DNA of 18,602 nucleotides from Macrostomum lignano. Taxonomy: Eukaryota. Where the stretch lies: positions 1-18,602 of the forward strand of contig NIVC01005241.1 of NCBI GenBank assembly GCA_002269645.1. Reading direction: 5' to 3'. The position numbers and the translations under genes were made by a program. The notes beneath the pieces were generated by a model. It saw only the letters and a program-made list of their open reading frames with translations, did no database searches and was not told where the DNA came from. Positions 1 to 9,097 of this stretch are shown piece after piece; the stretch's first letter is position 1; each line of letters begins with the position of its first letter.

Positions 1-1332
1 TATAAATTAATATTACACAAGTTCAGCTTCTTTTACAGGTTTTTATAAGTCTTTACATGCACAGATGTATTCAAATTGCTCAAAATGGACTCGAGCTCAC
101 GCTAGCACCGTCTAGGTCTCTATATGCATGTACTGAAGTTGACATCTTCCGTTTGTAACGCGTCTAGTCCATGCAAGGATTTATTTCAGTTCTTGCAGTT
201 CTACAGTGTAGCTACTTGCATGGGCTGGGCGTGTGTTTCTACTTTCAGTAACCGATCTCTTTTGCGTCCATTGCAGAGCAATAAGACTAGGTGAGCCATT
301 TTATCAATCTCCGATCAAATACTCCTTGGATAAAAAACTGCAGATTTATGTAGAATTGACATTAAAAGTGATTTAAGCTCTGTGTATCGAGTATCTACTA
401 CTTCTAAATCTAAATGTACTTCGATTGGTCCTTTTTAGTTGGCATGCACTTCACAAATAAGCAATACATACATTTACATCACATGCCAGATAAGGAGCTG
501 CTCTTGCAGGCGTTAATGGTTTAGCGAGGATTTTTAAATTCAGGATTGAAGCACATATGCATGTAATTGCACTTGCGAGTAATGAAAATTTATTACTAGC
601 TGCATCCGAATGCACTTAACCGAGAACATAGTCAGACAGTTTTTTGCAGATTTTTAAAAAGAACGTACCAATTTTTACAGGTATGAAAGAGAGCGAAGCA
701 GTTTAATACGAGCGTAAAAACACTGATACTGTATTTTTAGTTAGAATACTATTTGACGTGACGCGAAAGTCAGGAGCTGATTGTTGTTTAATAACGAATG
801 TGAATGCTTGCGATATATTTGTAGAATAGCCTAAGTACTTGACGAGTTGAAGACCAGAAAATAGCTTAAATATTGTAAATATTGGATTTCACTGATGCAC
901 TGACACTGTGAGTGGAGAGAGTACAAAAATGGTAGAGACTTAAGGGGCGAGGCAATGGCTAGCGCAATGATGCACATGGAACAGAGTAGAGTACGCATAG
1001 AGTACACAAGTATTTACTGAGTACACGCAGATCGCAAGCTGCAAACAAGGTGACAAAGCTAAGTTAAATAAACAACCCCCCCCACAGTTACCCAGCTCAC
1101 AAACCAAACAACCGTCATTTCACTATTTATATTGCACCTGCATGAGCTCTACAGAATGGGAAATAAAAAATAATTCTTTAATCGCAGCAAAAATTTTTAG
1201 AATGACAAGCGTCACATTTATAACCTGTCGAATTTTCTCTCTTTCTGAGATATCTTCAAGCGGTTTCAGGCATTTTATTTCCACGCTTTTTGGAACCCGG
1301 AATTTCGGTAGTCTAGTTTGCTTATCGGTGCC

Positions 1333-1746
1333 GTCGTCGTTGGTAGGAAGAGCGGTCCGCAGCACCCAGTCAAGCACCAGAACAAACAGGAACGGCGCAA
1401 GCGTATCTCCCTGAAGCACCCGGAGGATGTCTCAAAGAAGTCCGATAGGCCGTCCGGTGTTGAAACAGCAACTTTCGTATTACGGTACATCGCCATGATG
1501 GCGGAACTCAGCTGCTCTGGCACGTTGTACGCACGGAGCACCTTTGGGAGCACAGACTTGACGTTCGACCGAGTCGAATGCCTTCTTGAAATCTATGAAG
1601 ATTATAATCAGAATCGACTGGCGTATCCGTGCTTCCTCGATGACTGGCCGAAGAGCCAGGATCTGCGTCACTGTGCCGCGATGGGGCCGGAAGCCGTTCT
1701 GTTCAGGACGCAGGTACGGATCCAGCACGGACTGCAACCGCGATAA
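1333..1746 (-). pseudogene. Non-LTR reverse transcriptase fragment (early to central RT domains), frameshifted
   Basis: LDPYLRPEQNGFRPHRGTVTQILALR, FIDFKKAFDSV, LRAYNVP, VAVSTPDGLSDFFETSSG and LQGDTLAPFLFVLVLDWVL are spread over three frames (ORFs 1480-1752, 1275-1553, 1123-1419). These are standard LINE RT motifs. Confidence 0.92.
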
Positions 1747-1812
1747 CTGCATCCTATTATCGCGGTTGCAGTCCGGGTTGCAGTCTAGACTAACTAGACT
1801 AGTCTAGAAGTC

Positions 1813-1980
1813 CTTGAGCCGGTGCAGGAGGTGCTGCTGCTAACGCCGCAGGCACCCTACCGGCGGGGGCAGGCGCGCACTCGGCGTTGCGTCGACTGCC
1901 TGCTGGCTGACGCCGGCGCCCCGGATTCGGCCGGCGGCGTGGCGTTCATTCGTGACCTGGCCTTGAAGCACGCCCTGTGA
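1813..1980 (+). pseudogene. C-terminal end of the RTE-like ORF (non-inverted 3' segment)
   Basis: Manual translation LEPVQEVLLLTPQAPYRRGQARTRRCVDCLLADAGAPDSAGGVAFIRDLALKHAL* resembles the RTE-clade C-terminal pattern (LLWxP..GxRxRGRPxxxYxDxLxxDxG). It is followed by the tail. Confidence 0.7.
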
Positions 1981-2166
1981 CGCTAACCTGCGTATTCTGT
2001 TGTTGTTGTTGTTATCGGTGCCAAGTGTACTACTGTGTATAATATTCATATAAATCGTTAAATTCATCGTTATGAGCCAGTGTATGGGTTATTTATATCC
2101 CTTTGCGTTTGTACCGTAATTTTGGCGCTTGGACCTTGCGCGATTAGCGCTTTTTTGTTTTAGGAT

Positions 2167-2493
2167 GTGGTTTTTGGTTTCCTTTCAGATTACTTTCCAT
2201 GCATTTTTAGAAACAAAATTCTTAACAACCCTCCTAAACAAGATTACACACCCAACATAATTTCTCAAGAAGCATGTAGACTGTGTGGAGCGAGAAATGG
2301 TTCCGATATCCTACACTACTTGACCGAATGTCAAAAAGCTCAAGAGATCAGGAAAAATTACTTCTCTGTCAATACCTCTTGTCTTAGAGATGACAACCAT
2401 GCAGTACACAAGATAGGATATGCTACAAATGAAAAAAGAATCAGAAAAGAGCTAACTGGTGTAGCTAAAATATATGAAGTCATGAATAGCTAA
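2167..2493 (+). pseudogene. Possible C-terminal CCHC zinc-knuckle remnant of another LINE
   Basis: CRLCGARNGSDILHYLTEC fits the CxxC..H....C motif at the end of many LINE ORF2 proteins. No RT motifs seen adjacent. Confidence 0.4.
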
Positions 2494-2838
2494 AACAGTT
2501 ATGCAAACTGAAACAGATGCATCAGCAGTGTAAAAAATCCGCTTTCAGTTGTATATTCATTTCCTGTCTTTTTTATTTCCTATTTAAATCCTCGTTAGTC
2601 GTTAGACGTTAAAAGTTCGTTTGAAGTGTGTATATACTCGTTTTTCACGCTTTCAATATCACGAGCTTTCAAATACTATATCTTTTGTAGCCGCGTATTC
2701 CGGAGTTCGAATTCCCGCCAACTATAGAAGACTTCGTTAGTCAAAGAAACTTGATTTATTAGCTTGCCAGCTTGCTTGAATTAGACTTTGACCGCGCGGG
2801 GGGAGGCAGGGTGAAAGACTCAGCTTAGAAAATCCTAG

Positions 2839-2965
2839 CCAATTGGATTTCTCCGACAGGGTGGGCACTAAGCACTCCATTGGTTAGGGTTCGTTATTCA
2901 CGCGTTTACAGCCAATCAGAAACGAAAAGAAATTTCGCGAAAGACAATGCAGGGGTGGGGGTTGA
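2839..2965. promoter_or_regulatory. Cluster of three CCAAT boxes with GC/GT-box-like motifs; possible promoter
   Basis: CCAAT 2839-2843, ATTGG 2879-2883 and AGCCAATCAG 2910-2919 (NF-Y-like), plus GGGTGGGC and GGGGTGGGG, in an otherwise AT-rich region. Short motifs only. Confidence 0.3.
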
Positions 2966-3408
2966 CGCAGAGAGAAAGAAAGAGAAAATAATAGAAAATA
3001 ATAGAAGTGCACGTGAACTCAAATTGAGCACTATTACACTTTACGAAAAATCGCCTATTATTGAGAGCATTCCTTATACTCGATATTTGTTATATTGACA
3101 GAAAAAAATATTTAACTTTTTGAATCGCATTTTAGAAGAATCGTTTTGCATCAAAGTCATACGGTATCTGTTTTTTTCTTTTTTATTATTCCCTACTTTA
3201 AATCTTGTTGTTCTGTTGGATCAGTCGTAGTCGTCCGAAAAAACCGTAAAAATTCCAGACGTTCTTTCAAATACCTTATACTTAAATACAATTAACAATT
3301 ATCATTCAAATCGTATTCATCGTTCATGTAAAAATAATCAACCTTTTGAACAAATATTAAATACATTGAATCATATTGGCAAAACAGGCTCTTGGCCTGA
3401 ACCAAACT

Positions 3409-3557
<149 letters not shown>

Positions 3558-5032
3558 TGCTGGCTCCCAGATATTTGTAAACCCCTCCCGGTGTTCTCGA
3601 TCACTACATTGGCTTCTCCTTAATTTTTTGATCTTATATATATTTAAATATCTCAATGCAAATAGGAATTCTATGATTTAAAGAACATTAACAGCAGATC
3701 TAGACCATAATTTTTGTTTTAATCAACAAAATTCTAAGAGTTTATCAGCGGAAAGTGTGGTAGTTGGATACCACCAATTGCTCGATGTGGAATTTGATTT
3801 TTTAATCACATTACATTTTCTGGACTTTAAAATTATGTTTGCCCCATTCTGGTCCCCGTTCGTCCACTCCCTGGCGCTAGTTGTGACGTATCCTGCCCCT
3901 TTTCTGTTCCCCTCGCCCCATTTTCTGGCGTTTGTTCGTCCAATTTATGTTTTAAATTTGTTTTTCTATGTGTTTCTGCGGCAATTTTTGTTGAATCCTT
4001 TTTGGCCTTTGCGTTTTCGCCCTTCCCAGTTTCTGGGCCTCGCAAGCCTTTTTGTGACCTGTTTCCTGGGTATTTATTACCGCCTCCTGCGCCTGTCCTC
4101 TCCTCATGCCTTTCTTCTCCTCTGACGTCCCTTTAACTCCCTTTTCCGCCTCGCCCTTAACTTAATAACGTTTATTTAACGCAGTCTACTACTTGAAGGA
4201 AAACCTAACTTAGTTTTATTTGAGTAAGCCCGCACCGCGGCACCCCTGAACATTAACGTCTGTCGCAGCTCGTTCAAATAATATTACTTTAACTATATAA
4301 TAACTTGATTTACCGAATAATAAATAATCAAGCCAACGGTTACAGCATCCTGTTACTTCATCTCTGGATTAAAAGTCATAGCTTTTCTTGAGTCATTTGC
4401 CCGCGGGGCGTAAAATAACCCCGTCTCATCTCGAAGCAAGCTCTGAGACTTCAACGTTCCGTAATACGTAAATTACGGTGGTGGCAGCGCTACTCTACTA
4501 ACAGTAATCAGTCAAGCAATCGAAGTGCATTAACTACGGTGTCTGAGGACCCTCTCTGAACGCTCGCGCCTAACGAAGACCGCTCGTCTACGACCGAAAC
4601 TACCCTCCCCCCGGAATTGAGGACCCCGGCAGCCGGAGTAAAACAGGAGGCAAACTTTCGTTGTGATTCATCTGTGCGATTTTCTGGCTTCAATTCGTGC
4701 GAACGCAGCGACGACCGGTTTCGAAGAAACCCCGAGTTCAAAATCCGCAATCGCCAAATTTAAAGCCCAACTTTTCTACGCATTTGTTTCCCCATTGATA
4801 TTCGCATTGATATTCGAATTTTAACAAAAGCAAAATACTAAAAGCAACCCGTAGCATGAAACTTTACACAGAGTAAACTGCAACCGTGAAACGACTATTG
4901 GTCAAGTTTCAGCTCGATATGTAACTTTGGCTTTGAGCAGGAGCGATTTTCGATGTGTTCCATTTAAAATACATGTGATTCCAAAATTCATATTGATATT
5001 CGAGTACAGTCTATTCTGATATGAACATGCAA

Positions 5033-5419
5033 AATTGCAGTCGCCTTCTCGATTCGGTTGTCCTCTTACCTTTCGTGGATTCGGCAGCTCCTTTATTCAG
5101 GAAGTGTCAAGACAAGTTCGTAGCCGATACATTGCCACGTACAATGCAGGTCGATTGATACAGCTGCGGTGTTTTCGTCTGTATCTACGCCAGGGCGATT
5201 GTGCTCGGAAAAGTGCCCTTTTTCAAGCGTGACGCCCAATCACTGGAGTCATTTAGACATCACATCTGGGCGGTTATCGAAGTTTACAGTCTCGGAGGGA
5301 ACCAAGAGTTTTGCCATGCATGCAAAAAAAGCTGTCCTGATACATGCAGTCCTGTCGCCAATGCTCCGATCGACTGGGTAGGTCCAACAAAAAATATTTT
5401 CTCGATTCAGCCTTTTTAA
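5033..5419 (+). pseudogene. Decayed Ulp1/SENP-like (C48) cysteine protease C-terminal fragment followed by a PHD-like start
   Basis: One frame reads ...LLDSVV...TLPRTMQVD*YSCGVFVCIYARAIVLG...EFCHACKKSCPDTCSPVANAPIDWVG with one in-frame TGA at 5156-5158. Q-x(4-5)-CGVF is the Ulp1 oxyanion Gln / catalytic Cys motif. Confidence 0.65.
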
Positions 5420-5918
5420 AACTAATATAGGTTTACAACATACGAGTATAGCAAACCCTCTAGATGATTGACAGGATCAAAAAACATAACGCTACTGCCT
5501 GAACGACTGGCTGAATGCGTATAGCAGTCTGAAATTTGATAGCAATTATTATGATGCAATGCGACGATTTTTTCCAGATCGAGTGCCCATCTTGCTTGTA
5601 CTGGTATCATGTGCAATCGGCCAGTCGAGAATTTTATTTGTGAGAACTGCCATACCGTTTTTCTACTACCTGGCTAATCTAAATCCGTACTATGCAACTT
5701 CAATTCGGAGCACTTCGTTACATTTCTGCTGACTATTCATTTGAGCGATATGAACTTTTCTACGACTACAATGACTTATCTACAGTACTTAAAACATGTT
5801 GCCAACTGTTACTTGATATTGTAAATTACTGTTTTATAATTCGTCTCTAAGCTGCATGGCATGCAAGTCACCCACATACTGCATGATTTTGACTTTTTAC
5901 GTTTCTGTTTTCGTTTCT

Positions 5919-6510
5919 GTCGTTTCACGGTTGCAGTTTACTCTGTGTAAAGTTTCGTCAAGATCGGTGAGGCAGAAGTACCTGTACTCGAATATCAATA
6001 TGAATTTTGGAATCACATGTATTTTAAATGGAACGCATCGAAAATCGCTCCTGCTCTCGATTGATACTAAAGCCAAAGTGACATATCGAGCTGAAACTTG
6101 ACCAATAGTCGTTTCACGGTTGCAGTTTACTCTGTGTAAAGTTTCGTCAAGATCGGTGAGGCAGAAGTACCTGTACTCGAATATCAATATGAATTTTGGA
6201 ATCACATGTATTTTAAATTGAACACATCGAAAATCGCTCCTGCTCAAAGCCAAAGTGACATGTCGAGCTGAAACTTGACCAATAGTCGTTTCACGGTTGC
6301 AGTTTACTCTGTGTAAAGTTTCGTCAAGATCGGTGAGGCAGAAGTACCTGTACTCGAATATCAATATGAATTTTGGAATCACATGTATTTTAAATGGAAC
6401 GCATCGAAAATCGCTCCTGCTCTCGATTGATACTAAAGCCAAAGTGACATATCGAGCTGAAACTTGACCAATAGTCGTTTCACGGTTGCAGTTTACTCTG
6501 TGTAAAGTTT
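5919..6510 (+). repeat. Tandem array of 189/177/189-bp units plus a partial unit in the right TIR region
   Basis: GTCGTTTCACGGTTGCAG starts at 5919, 6108, 6285 and 6474. Unit 2 lacks 12 bp. This explains ORF 5897-6442. Confidence 0.95.
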
Positions 6511-6698
6511 CATGCTACGGGTTGCTTTTAGTATTTTGCTTTTGTTAAAATTCGAATATCAATGCGAATATCGATGGGGAAACAAATGCGTACTTTTCTT
6601 CCTCCGCCCCTGCACCTCTAAAGTTTAATTTCGCAATATTTACAGTGCATGAGCTCAGCTCTATTTACTATTTACTATTTACTAATTACAGTCACGTA

Positions 6699-7264
6699 TA
6701 TGTTTGATATGATGGCTCTGTTATGATTGACATGGTGGCTCTGTTATGTTTGACATGGTGGCTCTTTTATGTTTGACGTGGTGGCTCTTCTATGTTTGAC
6801 ATGGCGGCCCTTTTACATTTGAAATGGTGTCTTTTTTATGTTTGGCATGCTGGCTCAATAATGTTTTGACATTGTAGCTCTTCTATGTTTGATACTAAAA
6901 GTCTAAAAGAGCCATATATGTGACTCCATGTCAAACATATATGTGACTCCATGTCAAACATGAAACATAAAAGAGACACCATGCCACATAAGGGAACCAC
7001 TATGTCAAACATATATGTGACTCCATGTCAAACATTAAAGAGCCACCATGTCAAACAACTGAGCTACCATGTCCATGTCAAAAATAACAAAGACACCATT
7101 TCAATTTTCAAATGTAAAAGGGCCGCCATGGCAAACATAGAAGAGCCACCATCTCAAACATTAAAGTGCTACCATGTCTAACATAGAAGAGCCCCCATTT
7201 CAAACATAAAAGAGGCACCATTTCAAACATAAAAAGAAGTGTCATGCAAAACTAAATGGAGCCA
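6699..7264. repeat. Foldback array: about 23-bp degenerate units in two opposed arms
   Basis: Left arm (about 6699-6894) units TATGTTTGACATGGTGGCTCTT(T/C); right arm (about 6905-7264) units AAGAGCCACCATGTCAAACAT, their reverse complement. Confidence 0.85.
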
Positions 7265-7329
7265 CTATAAAGCTAAGGAAATTATTGCACTAGGCCTAGC
7301 TACTTGTTCTCTAGTGGAGGCTTGCTATT

Positions 7330-7680
7330 TAAGGATAGATACTTGCTATCTGAGGGATGCTTGTTATTAGGGGATGCTTCCTATTGGAAGGATGCTTGCT
7401 ACTGGGGTAACTTGCTATTGGGAAATGCTTGCTCTTGGGGGGGGTAGAGGGTATTTGCTATCTGAGAGGGGATTACTAGATATCTATAAGGTCTCTTTGT
7501 ATCTAGGTTAGGTTATGCTTGCTATCTGGGGGATGTTTGCTATTGGGGGGATGCTTGCTATCTGGGAGATGCTTGCAGTCTAAGGATGCTTGCTATCTAG
7601 GAGATGCTTGCAGTCTGGGGATGCTTGCTATTTGGGAATTGATGCTTGAATGCTGTCTAAGGATGTTTGCTGTCTTGGAA
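7330..7680 (+). repeat. Degenerate minisatellite, about 19-20-bp unit GGATGCTTGCTATCTGGGG
   Basis: Repeated GATGCTTGCTA(T/C) cores with diverged spacers. This explains ORF 7519-7881. Confidence 0.75.
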
Positions 7681-8974
7681 TGTTTTGTTTTTAGAGGGAA
7701 TGTCTGTTGTTTATTTATGAAGGCTTTATTTCACTGTCTATTTGTTATTTGTAAAGAACAAGGATTCTATCCAGATATCTCCCATTGGGAGGCAAAGATT
7801 GCTAGTGCCTATACTATAGGCCTAGTTGCTTCAATATGGTGCAAGTCATGGATAGTGTCATGGATTAATTTTAACATTTAACATTTAATAATTTTATTTA
7901 CCTTGTGTTATATCTGTCCTTGTTTATGTAATAGACTTTGTTTTTATTTTATGAGTAGTAGGCAAATTTTCTTAGAAACATATAGGCCTGATTTCAAAAC
8001 TCTATTATTTTGTTGTAAATAAAATTTTACTATAAATAGGAACCAACTAAGAGCCAGATCAAATTAATTGTTTCAATACTATTTCTGTCATTGCTGTTGT
8101 ATTTCTTTCAAGCATTCTATAGTCTCATAGATGTCCTTTTTAGTGAAAATTCCCACATAGATAGCCCTATAAAAATCTGTGCCATGCTGCTATCTAAAAT
8201 TATAAACAAGTTCTAAATTCTGAACAATTTGGAAAAGTAAGTCTGTGGGCTTATATTAGGTCTAAAACTGATATGTGTTAGATTAAAATGATAATGTTAG
8301 ATTAAAATGATAAATGATGCAAGGTTATTGTTTGCATTTGATGGTTGAATTAGGAATCTTGAATGCGTAGCTCTAGATGTGGTCTTAATGGGAAAAGGGA
8401 TGAAACTGAGAGGGGAGCTCTGCAAAAAAGGGTATACTGCCATAGACTAACTAAACAGTAACAGAACAAAAGTTAAGTGAAGCTTAAGTCATATAATATA
8501 CAACATAGACAGAGAAGCAATAATGCACTAAAGCTATAGGCTGAGCTCTAATGCACAACAAAAACTTTAGGTCAATAAGGTTATTTTAGTGTTCTTGGCC
8601 TTAGTTTATGATGATCTATTTTAGGCTTATACATGCACATAAAATTTTGTGTTGTTAAAAGTAGCATTAATAAATCATCTTTTTTATCTATAGAAAATGA
8701 ATAAAGCATATCTTAGTACTTGCACTATGATATTTCTCTTACATTAAAATGCAAATAAAAGTATACTTTTTATGGTTATTGACTGATACAACAATAAAAA
8801 TACTGGTTATTTGCATGCTATCTGTCTGGCACTTTATCTGTCCCCTATAAGACTATGGGAAAAGGTCGATGCTGCAAGGATGATGAAGCTGAATACAGTG
8901 AGCCTTTGTAATATTTTTTCGAAGTTGCGTTTTTGTGAAAAACATCACTTCATAATTGTTTTACTACTCTGCAG

Positions 8975-9097
8975 ACAAAGTCAGAGACCACGACAAAGAC
9001 TTCAAAGGACCAATTGAAAATCGATCCTGCACTGACATTGTCTGTTGTCTGCTCTTTGTAGCATGTGTCATCTTGCTACTGCTGATTGCCACTGTTG
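8975..9097 (+). CDS. SLC44A2/4/5-like: CTL exon a: (D)[40 protein letters not shown]
   Basis: Acceptor CTGCAG, donor G|GTGAGT; phase 1 to 1; conserved N-terminal GPI.NRSCTD motif and TM1. Confidence 0.92.

Larger units (their letters stand above)
1322..2022. mobile_element. 5'-truncated, 5'-inverted RTE-like non-LTR retrotransposon insertion with 11-bp TSD
   Basis: TTATCGGTGCC at 1322-1332 and 2012-2022 flanks the insert. The minus-strand part encodes RT motifs. The plus-strand part encodes an RTE-like C-terminus, then TGA (1978-1980), a 20-nt 3'UTR and a (TGT)n tail next to the right TSD. Confidence 0.85.
4777..6592. mobile_element. Non-autonomous TIR DNA transposon, 1816 bp, 6-bp TSD CTTTTC, termini TAC..GTA (IS3EU-like terminal signature)
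   Basis: 4777-5009 (TACGCATTTGTTTCCCCAT...CGAGTACAG) is the reverse complement of the right end (...ATGGGGAAACAAATGCGTA, ending 6592). CTTTTC sits at 4771-4776 and 6593-6598. No transposase found inside. The superfamily call is from recall of terminal signatures. Confidence 0.85.

Noticed and set aside
189-290. Possible exon of an upstream gene (TTTCAG...AG|GTGAGC, open frame)
   Set aside because: No recognisable protein similarity and no partner exons.
2687-2722. GGAGTTCGAATTCCCG resembling a tRNA T-arm or Pol III B box
   Set aside because: The stem is imperfect and there is no convincing A box or cloverleaf; insufficient for a tRNA or SINE call.
3757-4750. ORFs 3757-4125 (+), 3833-4045 (-) and 4508-4750 (-)
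   Set aside because: Compositionally biased or short with no recognisable motif; possibly TE remnants but not assignable.
5422-5616. Minus-strand ORF (IPVQARWAL...VMFFDP) as an inverted upstream half of the Ulp1 domain
   Set aside because: It lacks the catalytic His and the spacing is wrong; the resemblance is too weak.
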